Positions 23,071-36,499 of a stretch of 64,000 nt of DNA are shown here, piece after piece. The notes below the pieces were generated by a model. That model did not search any database. It saw only the letters and a program-made list of their open reading frames with translations, and was not told the DNA's origin. The stretch comes from Camelus ferus (taxonomy: Eukaryota): assembly GCF_009834535.1 (NCBI RefSeq), contig NC_045696.1, forward strand, positions 9,612,001 to 9,676,000. The letters run 5' to 3'. Made by a program: the position numbers and the translations under genes. How positions within the stretch are numbered: position 1 is the stretch's first letter; every line of letters starts with the position of its first letter.

Positions 23071-26000
23071 AAAACACCTGCCTTCTCATGGTCCATCTGT
23101 CTCTGGACCCTCTTAGCCCAGCATCTAAAGACATGTGTGGCCCTGGACCCAGTGCCCAATTGTTCTGATTTTCTTGGTTCTTCCTCTCACACTTGAGCCC
23201 TGGCCAGCCTGGGCTCCTTCACACCAACAAACACTTCCTTTGCCTTTACTTTGAGCCTGCAACTGCACTTGGCATTGAAATGCAATGATACTGTGTTTCC
23301 TCTCCTCAAGGAACCTAAGTTGGGAGTGAGCTGAATTTGCTCCACTGGGTTGAGTCTCCCCAGGTCTTTGTTCTTTGCTGATTCTCAAGGGAAGTCATGA
23401 GATTATAAAAGATCGTACGCATTTCTTCCTAGGGGCCCCTTTACAAAGAGGTGACCTGACACTATATCCTTAGGTTTCCATGACAACTCCAGGATGGCAT
23501 TTCCTGTGACCCAGCTGAGGTTCTTCTGAGACAAGATGGTTGACGTGGCCTCCCCTCCACCCATCCCAGCTCCCTTTCCCTCCGCTTGCACCCCCTGTCC
23601 ACATAAGCCCCCACCCACTTCATCCCAGTCACAGTGGATGTGAGGATTCCCTTACCCTCAGGAACATGTTCTATATTTGAATTTCAACTCTCCCCTTGGG
23701 CTTGCTTTCCAAAGACAATGGAAACAGGTTCCAAAGGCAGGCCCCCTTGAAGCAGTGTCACCCAGGTGGGACAAGGGACTGTTTGAGGTTAAGAACCAAA
23801 GAAAGAACTGAAAGAGGGAACTCCTCAAATTGGAGGATTTCCCCCTTTTTCTCTGGTGTCTTTCTGGTAAGGAGAGAGAGATGGGGATATAGAAAGCTTT
23901 GAGGGAAGCCAGCAGAAGTCACAGGGAGGAATGGAGAGGTGACCCCTACAGGAAGAACTGTGAAGGGCCACCACCCCTGCAGTGCCAGGGTCTGAGGGAT
24001 ACACAGTGGGGCTGGAACACGGCCACATTGGACAAAGCACCACGTGGCTGCAGAGCTAATGCATTTGCATGTCCGGGGGCACCTGGCTGGGGAAAAGGAT
24101 ACAATTTCCCAGGTACTCAATGACTCTGAGTGACATCAGACACCCTGTAGCACAAGATAATAAACACACACTCCTGGCTTGTTTGCCGTTTTCCCTCCCC
24201 TCCTTGCCATACCAAAGCGCCCCTCTCTGATTCCCATTCCACCTGTCTTGTGAGAAACTTGACTCTCCCCAACCTCAAAGCTTCTTCTCAATCCCAGAGG
24301 ACAAGAAACAAGACCATGGGTCACCCCTCCTTCCTGCTCCCTGAGATATACAGTCGAGTTGGAGCAAAGGCCCCAGAGGCCCAAATGAGGAAATGTCAAG
24401 GCACCCAGGGCAGCGCAAGGCCACCTTGCCAACACTAGCCAAGGTCCAGGCCAAAGGACAGAAAGAAACAAGCTTTCCATGGCGAGCGTCTTCAAGGATT
24501 TGCACTCCTGCCCAGTTGACAAAAGCCCCAAAGTGCTGGCCCGGGGAGGGAGCGCCAGCTTTCTGTTTAGTCTGGCACTGTTCTACCAGGCCTGCAAGGA
24601 TCAGCAAGCTGTGAGTGTGGATTTCAAGGCCCCTGAGTACCCATGTTTATCTTCGGGCTCAGATCCAGGAGCTCAGCAATGTGTCCGTTTCAAAATAATC
24701 ATTACAACAATAGCCCGCCTATGGTAGGATGCAGACTTTGGAATCCATGTCAAAGTACAGTAGAACAAAACACCTTAAGAGAGGGCAGTTTTGCCTAACA
24801 GCTCTGGTGCATGAGGAGTGGAATTTACCCTAAGAATTCTCAGAATCCATGTGGGCCTCGAGCACCTCGGTGAGAAGGGGATGTGAAGACAGTACAATTG
24901 GAAGAGTCAATTAGGGAAATGACTGGAGCATAATGTTTTGCAAAACTGACTGTTTCAGCTGGTTCTGGTCATCGGACAATGGAAGGACCAGCATTTGGAT
25001 ATTCAATTACTTCCTGAAGCTGAGGACTAGTTGAGTATATTTGGTTCCGGAAATATCCCAATGGAGCAAGAGAAAAATGGGACAAAAGGTTTTGGCAGAG
25101 GCCAAGCCGTTCTCCCAGCTGCAGAAATGAAAGACGAATCCCAGAGCACCCCCACCCCGCCAACCCCAGCCCCAGTTCCCACGTGGCCGTAGAAGAATGC
25201 GTGAAGCAGGGCTGAACAGCAGCCTGGCTGGTAGCAAGAGGCAGTCACAAGCCCCCAGGAAGACCCCTTGGGTCCGTCCAACCTACCCCTTACAGCACAC
25301 CCTCTCATTTCACTAAGATGAGAAATACCGAAACAACTCTTCTGACGGTTGGTGCCAGGCACCCAGGCACGTACCAGTCAACTTCCCTGCCTCCCTAGAG
25401 AAAAATGCCAGCTTCCCAACCACACACTGACATTCCTGGCAGAAAAAAAACCTTATTATTCCACCTGAACCAACGAGAAACAAAGCCAGTCAAGAAATTT
25501 GCCTATTGGGATTGCAAAGCTTTGAATGCCATCAGTCATGTGGAAAATGTTGAGCTGAGCCTGGCACTGTCCTCCGAGATCTTCGTGCAAACAACCAGAG
25601 GCCGCTGAGAGCTTTCAAGCCCACATGGAGGGGGAAGTGCTAATCACAGAACCAGGCATTGGCCTCCTCCGATGGCCCTAATGAGGACCAGGTGACCGCA
25701 GATGAAGGCAACCACACCGTGCTTGTGTTTGTCAAATCTGAGATTGCTGCAAAGCCTGGAATGAATGAATCTGAAAACAAGCAAATCTATCTGTCCAGGA
25801 GCTGGAAAGAATAGGATGTGGAAAGGGGCGGGGGAGTGTCATCAATTACTTGTGGTTCTCGGAGAGCCAAGAATTATGCTTGGAAGTGTAACTTCAGAGC
25901 ATCTGGAGAAGTCTTCGTTCAGCATCCTAGGTCTTCTGGATAATGTCAAAATCATTCAGACTGTCCAAGCCAGGCCAGATGGAGGCAATACTGTGTAGTG

Positions 26001-26073
26001 TGCAGACTTGTCTCAGGACTCCACTCTGCCTTCTCCCTGCTTCTTGTCCACCTTCCTGCTGGTGCATATGCCA

Positions 26074-26110
26074 GTCTCCTCCTCCTCCACCACCACCACC
26101 ACCACCACCA
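26074..26110. repeat. (CCT)n(CCA)n compound microsatellite
   Basis: tctcctcctcctccaccaccaccaccaccaccacca. Confidence 0.9.
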
Positions 26111-27727
26111 AGAACAGCTTAGGGCCTTCCCTCCTCCCCCGTCCAAATCTGCTCCTAGGAAAGGATCTGATACACTATCTTTGCCCCATCACAGGTCAAG
26201 TGTTAGTGTACTGGCCTCCTTTGCTGGGGCTCAGTGTCCTCCCCTGCATAAGGAGGGGTAGCAACCACTTAGGGGACTCGGATGCTTCTGCCATCTTGAT
26301 CGGCCCAGGGGCGGCAGGTCTGCATGAGCCCCTGAGAAGGAGCTGGGTTTATTTATGAAGATGTAGTGATTCCACAGGCAGCTTGCTTCTCGGATCCTGA
26401 GAGATGTTGCACCACTTCTGTGATCAGCCTCCAGGAAGGCCAGCTGGGCGGGGGTGGGGGTCTGCTGGGCCCTGGGGATCAGGACACAAGCTGTCACTCT
26501 GACGGTTCCTGTGGGAGCATCTTGGTTCCACATGGATGATTTGATAGTACACATGCTAGGGCTTCTCCAGGTCCCTGCCCGGACTCCTTACACCCCGTCC
26601 TTCAGCTCCTGATTGATTCCTCCACGAGGCATTCCTGGGTCCCCCCAGCCCTGCTTCCCCCCTCTTCTATGTCTCTCTTGGTGCCTGGCCCAGGTGTACC
26701 TCTCTGCAGGTTAGACAACAGTTGAGCTTTGCCAAGGTGAAGAGCGCCCCCTGGAGTTGTGCAAGGGAGCAGCCCTGCCTTCTCTTTCCAGTTCCTCCCG
26801 AGCAGAGCTGTGAGCATAGGAGAGACGGGAGAGTCCTCCACAGCCAGTTTCTGTTCGCTCATCATCCTCACCCCCTCTCCCTCCCAGCAAGAGGCTCCTC
26901 CTCCCTGCCTCCAGCTGTCTCCCAGCCTCGTATGGGGCTGGACCTCAGGAAGTGCCCCATCACCCCTGCTGACTTGGCCAGACGAGAAGTCAGGGCTGCA
27001 AATGACCATTCCTTCTTATTCGTAAGTTTTGTGGGTTTTTTTTTTCTTCTTCTTCTTCTTCTCCTTCATATAAGAGGTATTTGAGTGTCTGAGAAAGAGT
27101 TTTTTAAATAGCTTTTATACCAAATGAAGAATTTTAAAATATCCTTTAGGACAAAAAGCCTCTTTGAAGCCCAGTTCACAGAACCACAGAACATCGACAC
27201 AATAGACACCCTGTTTACTGGCTACAAATTGTTTGCTTTGCTACAAATTGAACGCAGAGAGAAGGCTTTTTGTGCCTAGGGTTGCGCGGATGTCAGCCTT
27301 GAAAAGAATTCAAGTAACCTCAGCCGCATTCCGCATCCTCCACCTCAACTATGTGCTAGGAATGGTGCTGTGTCGGGCGCAGCTCTCCCTGGGGTCCGAC
27401 TTGGCCCTGAGCTGGGGTGGCAGGTGGCCGGGTCTCTCATTATAACTCTATTTTGGGCCCTAGGGTGAAGGAAATGCATAGAGCAATTCAGTACTTTTGA
27501 CCTAGAGAAAAGTCAAGATTGGGGGATGAAAGGGAGGGTGTGTAGGAAGAGGGAGAGCGAGATGCTTTCCACTCATAGCTTATGATGGACGCCTATTGTG
27601 GAATTCCTCGGGTACCACCCCCTCCCCTGCCCCCAGGGAAATACACCTTCCCTGTTTCCGAGAAGGGCTCTAACTAGACTCCACGACCATGCTCATCCCC
27701 TCTCCCCCTCACTTCACTCTACTTACT

Positions 27728-28108
27728 GTCGCTGCAGGCTGAACTGCATCGCTCCAAAACTCACAGGTTGAGTCCTTGACCCGCGGTGTGACACCCTCCG
27801 AACGTGACTATACTTGGAGATGGGGTCTTCAAAGGAGTGGTTACGTTAAAATGAGGTCCTCCACCTTTAGGGTGGGCCCTAATCCCATCTGACTGATGTC
27901 CTTAGAAGAAGAGATTAGGACACAGACAGAGAAAAGACCACGTGAGGACACAGGGAGGAGGCAAGCCAAGGAGAGAAGCTTCAGAAGAGCCAAACCTGCT
28001 GACCCCTTGATCTTAAACTTTCAGCCTCCAGAAGTGTGAGAAAATAAATCTGATGTGTAAGCCACCCAGTCTGTGGTATTTTGTGTGGAGCCCAAGCAAT
28101 TTAATATA
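27728..28108 (+). mobile_element. MaLR solo LTR (MLT1A/B-like)
   Basis: gggtgggccctaatcc...gattaggacacagac...cagcctccagaagtgtgagaaaataaa...aagccacccagtctgtggtattttg. Confidence 0.85.
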
Positions 28109-28134
28109 CTGGCAAAAGAACAAAAATCCCAAAG

Positions 28135-28305
28135 CTCTCTCCAAGCTTCTGTTCCTCGTCTATAAATTAGGAATATTTGTTTCTGCCTTGCCGGACTCTC
28201 GTAAGGGCTAGGACTGCAGATGACAAGGCGCCTGGAGCAGGGTCTGATGTAGAACAGGCATGTGCTAAATAATTGTGGAAGTCAGGATTGTTGTTACTAT
28301 TATTA
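28135..28305 (+). mobile_element. MIR fragment
   Basis: tgttcctcgtctataaattaggaata... Confidence 0.45.
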
Positions 28306-29610
28306 GGGACCAATAAATGTGTGTGTGGCGCTTGTGGGTCCCTACCAAATGTACCTAGAGTCCCTATCCATCAATTTGATGACTTAGTACCAAAGAATTT
28401 AGTGTCTTTGGTAACCCTGGAGATTTCACCCTTTCTGGGCCGCCATGCTGCCTGACCAGGGGGCACATTCATTCCCTAAACTGATCTGTCTTCATAAATT
28501 TACATCCTCACCTATTTCACAGGAAGTCGGTATCTCATAGCGGCTACTGACAAGACAAAGGTTTGTTGAAAGTCCATATACGTTATACCCACAGGGGGAT
28601 TTACCTTCATGTCAAACTCTAATAAATTGGCCAGGCCTGATTTTGCTCTGATATAATCTGTTTTCTTTCCCCTAAAGAGATAATTTTGTAAAAGGATTGG
28701 TGATTCTGTCTTCTTGCATAAATGTGCCAGGTGACACGCAAGAGAAGTGAGGTCGGCACACTGAGTCTTCTTTGATGCAGCGGGGTTTCTGGGGACACTG
28801 AGACCACACGTAATGACAGGTTACCCCCCTCCTTCACCCAACAGTCCTGGCCAAGGTGGTACATTTCGTTTGCTTGTCCTTGAAAACGCTGGACTTGGAC
28901 CACCTCTGAATTTAAACCTCCAACCTGATAAATTAGACTCTCCTTAAAAGTTCTCCCAAACAGCCCTGGCTTGGGTCCTGGCCACAGCTGCTTCTCTACC
29001 GTAATCTCTCTAAATGGAGGGACCCTCGTAGCCCTCGTGCCTGCTGCCCACTGATTCCCTGCCGGAGTCTCTCCTTGTGGACAAAACTTTCTGTGAACAC
29101 CCGGGCCCTGCAAAGCCGGCTCACCTCGGTAGCTGTTTCAGGTGTCTCCTCTCTATTTAAATGACATGGCACGCGACGAGCGCTCCATGAACCGTGACTG
29201 TCAGAGGTAAATGTACGGTTTTATGCAGAATTACTGTTTTGCAACTTTTAGTATGTTCTCTCATTCCTGGCTGATGACTCCCCCCCAGGACTGTGGAGAA
29301 AGCTGGTCGTGAAAAGTGAGTCATCTTCATTGACACCAACGATCACTCTCCGTCTTTGATAACTACTTCTCCCCAAGCCTGTCGTCTTTTCCTTCCACCC
29401 AGCTTCAGGAAAGCAGCGTGCCCACTCTCTCTGGGCCAACAGCTTTCTGCTAAGCTCTTGTCCCGTGTCTGCCCTCACCCCAGAGAACCTTCCTCTCACG
29501 CCTTTCTCTGCCTCCCCTCAACACACAGGCTTCCTCCTGATGTTACAAAACCACCTTCTCCTGAGCCCAAGCTCTCCCCAGCCGACCATCACTCATGGCC
29601 AAGATTCTTG

Positions 29611-30174
29611 TTTAAAAAAATTAAATTAAATTTTAAAACTTTTACTGAGATATAATCACCATAAAACATCCTGTCAAAGTGTGCAACCTGCTGATTTGAT
29701 ACATTTATGTATTGCAAAATGATTATCACAGTAGTGTTGCCAGCATCTGTATCACATCACGTAATTAGCGCTCCTTTTCTGTGGGGAGACCAATGAAGGT
29801 CTAGACTCCCAGCAACTTTGAGCTGCCCAGTACAGCGATGTTAACTGCAGTCTCTATGCTGTGCGTTAGATCTCCCCAGCTTTTTAAACTACTAGCTGCA
29901 AGTTTGTACCCTTAAATAACGACTCCCCCGTCAATGCCTCACCCCAACCCCTGGCCCCCGATAACCACCATTCTATTCTCTGTTTTTACAGTTTTGGCTT
30001 TTTTAGGTTCCACATAGAAGTGGTAGCATAGAGTATTTGTCTTTCTCTGCCTGATTTATCTCACTTAGCATAATGCCCTCAATGTCCATTTCTGTTGCCC
30101 CAAATGGCAGGATCTCTTTATTTTTCATGCCTGAATAATACTCTTCTGCAGTTATGTACCACATCATCTTCACA
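29611..30174 (-). mobile_element. 5'-truncated L1 (L1MA-like) 3' end
   Basis: Antisense L1 3' UTR; perfect 13-bp TSD gccaagattcttg at 29598-29610 and 30175-30187. Confidence 0.9.
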
Positions 30175-30699
30175 GCCAAGATTCTTGATCACAAGTTCTT
30201 CACCCACCACCACATCTTGCAGTCACTTGCTCACTTCCGAACATCTGAAGTCTGCTTGTCATCCCACCGCTCCACCAAACAAAGCTCTCAGTCCCAAGGC
30301 CAAAGACAGAGCCCCTGGGCAAAGACCCACTCTGGGGAGGGGCAGAAGCAGCACAAGGCTACAGTCAGGAGGACGAGTGGCAGGGCCTGGCGGAGGCCCC
30401 TGGCCTCGTGGGGAATGATAGAATCGTGGAGTGAATCTCCAGGTAGTCCAGATGGCACCAAGAAGTCAATCACCAGCTTGCTGGAGGTGTCACCTCCTTT
30501 CCCTCTGTGATCCACGACTTCTGCCCTCCACACCACCCCACTGCTCCGCCAAGTGTGCCAGCCCACCTAGCCCATCTCCATCTCCTCCGAGTCTTCCCCA
30601 ATCTTCCCCTAGTTTAAACAGACCCCTCCCTAGCATCTTCCCACATCCATCAGAGACACCCCTCCCTGCACCCAGCCCCTCTGCACTGTCCCACACGCT

Positions 30700-30900
30700 G
30701 ACAAGCACCACTGAACACCCAGCTCGGGGCAGGACACCACTCAGTTATTCTGTCCTCACAACCACCCGAAGGGTTAGGTACCTTTGCCATCCTCATTCCC
30801 CTTTCACAGGGGAGGAAACTGAGTCCCAGAGAGGATAAACTTTACTTTCCCAGGGTCTCCCTTTTAAAAAGCAGCAGAGCCAGAAACTGATCGAAGGAAT
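30700..30900 (-). mobile_element. MIR
   Basis: tcctcacaaccaccc...cccctttcacaggggaggaaactgagtcccagagagg. Confidence 0.7.
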
Positions 30901-31249
30901 TGGGCTCCACTGAGCGTATCCTGCTTCATGTGGGTATCTGGTCCCCTCTTGCAGTCTGTTCACTCAACGGTGTGGCCCGTGGGCAAAGTGAGACACTCCC
31001 TTCTCCCAGCTGGGTCCACTCAAGGCCACCCAGAATGGGAGGGGCCTGTCCTCTTCCAGAGATCCCTGAGCAGTCTCCAGAAGACCTTGACATGCGCTGC
31101 TGAGGCCCCTGACCCCTCATCTCTGTCCTGGATTCTGCTTCATCTGCATTTCCCCCCTCCCACCAAAGCCCGCTGCAGTGCACCCGCTTACCCTGCTGAA
31201 TTGTCACCACTGGAGAGAGAACTGACTTCGACCCCAAGAGGAAGAAGAG

Positions 31250-31460
31250 AGGAGTAGTGATGCCGTGGACTCCAAGTGGACTCCCCGGGTTCAATGCTGG
31301 CTCCTCCACTTATTTGCTGTGTGGTTTGAGGCAAGTTACTGAACCTCCCTGTGCCTTGGACCCCACACCTGTGAAATGGGGATAATAGCAGTACCTCCCT
31401 CCTGTGAATGTTGTGAGGATGAAGTAACATAGTACAAACATTGAATGAGCATTAACTCTT
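31250..31460 (+). mobile_element. MIR
   Basis: gggttcaatgctggctcctccacttatttgctgtgtgg...ggcaagttactgaacctccctgtgcct...gttgtgaggat. Confidence 0.8.
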
Positions 31461-32985
31461 TTCATTTGTATTTATATGGCCTAAGGAGCTACCCCTTCTC
31501 AATAGGAGGCTCTTAGAGGTAGACAACACTTGGACAGCTAAACAAATATATCTCTAACAGCAGAATTCCAGGCACCCTGGAAGGCCAAGAGTCCTTCGCA
31601 CCTTCCAAATCAAATCATCAAGACAGCTGCCCATGTGTCCTGACTATGCTCGTGGCCCAAGTAAGAACCACCAAGCCGGTTGGCACAAAGTGGCCAATTG
31701 TTCTGCTAACACTGATTTAAGATTTTCATCAGCCAGGTGTAAGCAGGGGAGGTTCCTGTGTTACTTAAAGGAGCTCCGTGGAAGATCTGCCTCTGCCCTG
31801 GTGACCATCAGCCAGAAGAGTGACGAGGGAGCGACAGGGTCCCGGCTGGCTTGCTAGGCCTTGCGTGAATCCCGGCCATGAGGTGGGAGCAGGGGGAGAA
31901 GGGAGCTGTGCACATGGAGAGCGAAGAGCTCTGGGTTCTTTTCCTTTTTCTTTTCTTTCTTTTCTTGCTGTGCACAGTTGGAGCTGTTACCGGTCCCAAT
32001 CGCGACATCTTGTTTATTGATTCCACAGGCTCCAGGACCAGAGCGTGATGAATATCACTTTTCCACTGGGGCTAACGTCACACGGCCAGAAGAGTGAGGC
32101 AATCATCCAGAAAACAAAATTGTTTTTGTCTGAATGTGCCATTGGAGATGCTCTGAAAAACAGGCTCTTCAGGTGATTACGGAGCTTAGGCAAAGCCAGG
32201 CTCTTGCTTGAATTATCTGCATAATCGCCTTAGTTCTCCAGTGTGTCCGCGCAGACACGACCTCGCAAATCGCCAGCTCGCCTGAGCAAGCATACACGAA
32301 GTCAGGCAGTGATACTAATGATGCCAATTTTAATAAAGGAAAAGCTACGCTCTGCTGAGCACCAGCTGCAGCCACGGCCTGGGTTTGGTTAAAGGCATCT
32401 GCACAATCCTGAGCTATAGGGTCAGGCCCCCCAGGCAGAGATCAGGGTGAGGATGGGGAAGAGTGGATACAGCAAGATAAAGGGAAGGTATCCACCAAAC
32501 ACAGCAATCCAAATTCAACTATAAAAGGGACCCAGTTTCTAAGCTCAGAATTGCATTTCCTTGGGTGTTGTAACCACATCCTACATCTCAACAAGAATCA
32601 GTCAGCACAGAGCCTAGAACCTGCTGCTCAGACTGGGCTGAGGTAGCGCTTGGACTTCTGGTCTGACACGTTATCATAACCCTTATGTAATCAGTGTCAT
32701 CTCAGGAGCAGATAAAGTAAAAATAAGTAGAAAGATAATACAGAAAACGTATCAGGTCCACAATTCTAGTAACTTTATAGTAGTACTTTATTATTTTAAG
32801 TGTAATTATAACAAAGTTTCATCATCATTGTGATAATAATTTTTTGAAGCATATAAAAGAACCCTGTATAATAGACTTGCGATTTCAAGTGGATAATTAG
32901 GAAAATTTGATTAAAGAAGTTTGTAACCAATGTTTAAACATCAGGGAATTTTTAAATTTGTAAGTAAATTCCTAAGTTCTATGTC

Positions 32986-33122
32986 TTGCTTTTTGCTTAG
33001 TTTTGGGGGTTGGAGAGGAGATAATTAGGCTCATTTACTTTTGGAGGAGGTACTGGGGATTGAGCCCAGGTCCTTGAGCGTGCTTAGCAGGCACCCTACC
33101 ACTTGAGCTACACCCTCACCTG
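32986..33122 (-). mobile_element. tRNA-derived SINE (camelid Vic-1 type)
   Basis: Antisense tRNA-like head (tagctcaagtggtag...gggctcaatccccagtacctcc); TSD ctaagttct(a/g)tgtc at 32972-32985 and 33123-33136. Confidence 0.9.
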
Positions 33123-33329
33123 CTAAGTTCTGTGTCCTTGGTTGGACAAGCGGTGTTTGAAGAACAATATTTAATAGGCTTATGTGGTTAATACATTTTG
33201 CATTTGATAAAACACCCAGAGTTATTGCTCTTTATGCTCAAAGCTCTTTGACGTTAGCAAGAGCATCCTCCTGTTACCAAGGACCTAGGAATGTAAGCTC
33301 CAGCAAAAGCCCCATCCTGTCTGTGAGGC

Positions 33330-33585
33330 TTTCATTGATCCCTCCAGGAAGTTCTCCTCTCCTAGTTCTTTAGCTGTGAGAATATCTTTTTGAGTCTCTA
33401 CAGTGTAACCTAGTTTTTCCCCTGGGGTATGTATGCCTTGACCCCCCAGCTAGACTGTAGACTCTTTGGGAGACAAGCACTTCTCTTGATGCACTCTTCA
33501 TTTCTTTTCCGTTCTCCATTTCTCCATGCCCAGTGCTAGGCATACATTAGGTACTCAATATATGCTCATTATTTGGTTGATTGGT
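33330..33585 (+). mobile_element. L2 3' end
   Basis: ctagactgtagactctttggga...gtgctaggcatacattaggtactcaata. Confidence 0.6.
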
Positions 33586-33639
33586 TTCAGATACATGTGG
33601 GATGGTTCTGTTACACTACAGATAACCCAATAAACAAAA

Positions 33640-33830
33640 TCAAAGATAAAGAAGATTATACTGTATAGCACAGGGAAATATATACAAGACCTTGTGGTAG
33701 CTCAAGCGAAAAAAAAGTGACAATGAAAATATGGATGTTCATGTATAACTGAAAAATTGTGCTCTACACTGGAATTTGACACAACATAGTAATATGACTA
33801 TAACTCAATTTAAAAAGTTTAAAAAAAAGA
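33640..33830 (+). mobile_element. Young camelid-type L1 3' end
   Basis: tatactgtatagcacagggaaatatatacaaga...gctctacactggaatttgacacaac, then an A tail; homologous to 36226-36459. Confidence 0.85.
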
Positions 33831-34164
33831 ACAAAGGAAATGTTATCATGATCAATATTAAAAAGTATTTTCCTATTAAAAAAAATTCTCACCAATGAAG
33901 GAATTACTGTAGAGGACCCAGATACGGTCTGCTTGAGCATTTAGTGATGGGAATGTTTTATCAGCACTTTCCTAGCTTCAAAATACTCTCTCCATTCCAG
34001 GATGACCGCAGTACCCTTGGATCCCTTCACCCTCGTCGTCACGCAGAGGCTCGTTCAGAGCAGCCGTGAACTTTTCAGGCCATGATTCTCTACAGGGGTT
34101 AAGACATAGCCTTTTGTTTTGATGAAGCTCAAACCTTGTTAACAGAATTCAACTGTTAAGAAAA

Positions 34165-34420
34165 TGTCTGATGAGGACCTACTGTGTGCCCTGCATTGTA
34201 CTAGGTCCTGGGATACAGCGATGAAAGGGGCAGCGGGGCACTTCCGTGCAGGACAGGGATGATGTGTAGCCCCTGCTCAGTGGGAAGCGAGGGGATGACC
34301 GGGAGCGCTCTGGGACTTAACAAGAATGCAATTATCAAGCGACCGAGTGGTCCAGTAGAGTTCCATGAAAGAAGGGGCAGAGGGCAGGGTAGGTCTCGGG
34401 GAGTCAAGGTGGGTGGAGGT
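34165..34420 (-). mobile_element. L2 3' end
   Basis: gaggacctactgtgtgccctgcattgtactaggtcctgggatacagcgatgaa. Confidence 0.6.
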
Positions 34421-36225
34421 GAGGGATGTATTCTTATTCTATTGGGATGAACAACATAATAAGAGAGGTAGAAATTGATCTCTGTCTTGGCCATGTAATG
34501 TGTGTGGCCCCATCCCATCAGGGGTAGCTGCCGGGAGTAAAACTATACAGAGATGATGGGAGTAGACTGGACCTACAGAAGGGCAATCTCATAATTTCAG
34601 AGCGTCAAGGGTTGAGACTACGTCCATGGGAAGCACAATAGTGTGATGTGTTAAAAGTAGTGTTTTTAGTTCCAGACATTCTTTTCTGCCCACCACTGAC
34701 TTCTCATATTCTATAAATTGAGGCATTCTAAAGTTAGGTTTTTTTCATTTGATCCAGCCAAGGTGGGAAGTAGTGGGGAGCTATGGGACAGTGGGGTGGG
34801 GCGAGAGCGGGAACGGGAATGACAGAAATGCCCCAGAGGCCAGGGGAGTCCATGTGTGAGGCGCTGTTCTTCTTCAGGGTTCTTTTCACGAGGATTCCTG
34901 AAAGGGGGTGAGCCTATAAGGGGGTCTCCATGGCAAGCATGAGTGCTGGAGAAACAAAAACGGGGTGGCATGTCACCAAGCAGATGGCCCAGTCCTGGGG
35001 CGCCAGTCCCCTGCACCCACATGAGTTCTGAGAGTAACTAGTGGTTTCCCAGGGTAGCACAGAGCCTACAGACAGAGAGCCAGCTCTGACAAGAGCTCAG
35101 GGTCCCAGGAGGACACTCCCGTGACATACACTGCTGAGGACAGGGACCTGACAGGAATGACAGGAGCCTCAGGGTGTGCCCCTGTGCACCGAAGGTGATG
35201 ACTGGTCACCAGAGGCCAGCCCCCTCGCCTCAGAAGGAACGAGGATCCCGGGGCAGGGGGTGAGCAGCGCAGTGGGGAAGGATTTGAGATGACCCTGAGT
35301 TTGCTGACATTTCAGTTCCCACTATCTGGCAAAACAAGATCTTGAAACAGAATGTAAAATTAGCTTTCTTTAAAAAAATTAAAAATAATGAACATTTCTG
35401 AGTTCATGATTTGAGACTTGTGCCATATATTTAAGGCTTTAGGAAAAGTAAAGACTCTGAAGTAGACACAAGAAGGTAGGACAAAAATCACGAGCGAGAG
35501 AGAGATGGGTGTCACAGAAACCAGGGGAGAACGGAGGTCCACGGGCTGTGGGCGGTGGTGTGGACACCAGTGCCTAAAGAACTAGCGATGAGCCACAGTT
35601 TGCATAAGGATGCTGTGAGAGGTGAGGCGGTGAGCTTTCGAGGGACCACGCATCCAGCGCATCTCTTAGCTTTCCCAGCTGCCTGTGTCTGCGGCATTCC
35701 TGCATCCTGAGCTCGAGGAGCATGCTTCCTCAGGGAGCCAGGGCTCTCCTCTGCCAGGACCGCTGCTCCAGCTCACAGACCTTAGTTTAGTCCTTCTCAG
35801 AGTCTAAAACCAGGCTCATTGTCGGCAATTTGACCAGACTCAGAATATATATTGAAAAGCCAACATGGAGAAGATTTGGCGCTGTTTGGGGGTCCTGGAG
35901 AAATTTTGCCATCATGATCCTTCAAATCCAGTACGGGCAGCTGCCTAAGTACGAGTCTGTAAAACGGAAGGTGCAAGGGGAGGTCAAGGAAGCCTAAGGA
36001 TAACCATCAACTCGTTGACCCACGTGGTGACCAGACTTGGTCACTGTGTTGCAAGCCAGAGACTACATGCAAGTCCAGTGTCAATGAGATACCCACTGAT
36101 TACCTGTAGAATTTTGGGCAAATCACTTTCCTCCTCTGCAGCGGGGCCGTCCTGCATTCTTGGAGATTTCCTCTGCTCTCCCAGCCATTTCAGTGCTTTG
36201 TCATCATCTCTCGGCATATTATTGT

Positions 36226-36459
36226 GTTTTTTTGTTTGTTTTTTTTTGTTGTTGTTTTAACATTTTTTTGTTGATTTATAATCATTTTACAATGTTGTGT
36301 CAAATTCCAGTGTAGAGCACAATTTTTCAGTTATACATGAACATCTATATATTCATTGTCACATTCCTTTCTCTGTGAGCTACCACAAGATCTTGTATAT
36401 ATTTCCCTGTGCTATACAGTATAATCTTGTTTATCTAGTCTACAGTTTTGAAATCCTGA
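36226..36459 (-). mobile_element. Young camelid-type L1 3' end
   Basis: T-rich tail on the left; perfect 13-bp TSD ggcatattattgt at 36213-36225 and 36460-36472. Confidence 0.9.
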
Positions 36460-36499
36460 GGCATATTATTGTTGAATCCAAAGTACTCGCACTGTTGGT

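Noticed and set aside
25998..26358. Poly-His and poly-Thr ORFs
   Set aside because: Translation of a (CCA)n microsatellite.
26792..27021. Plus-strand exon (ttccag...TTC|gtaagt)
   Set aside because: Weak exonic donor context and no partner exons; compatible with chance.
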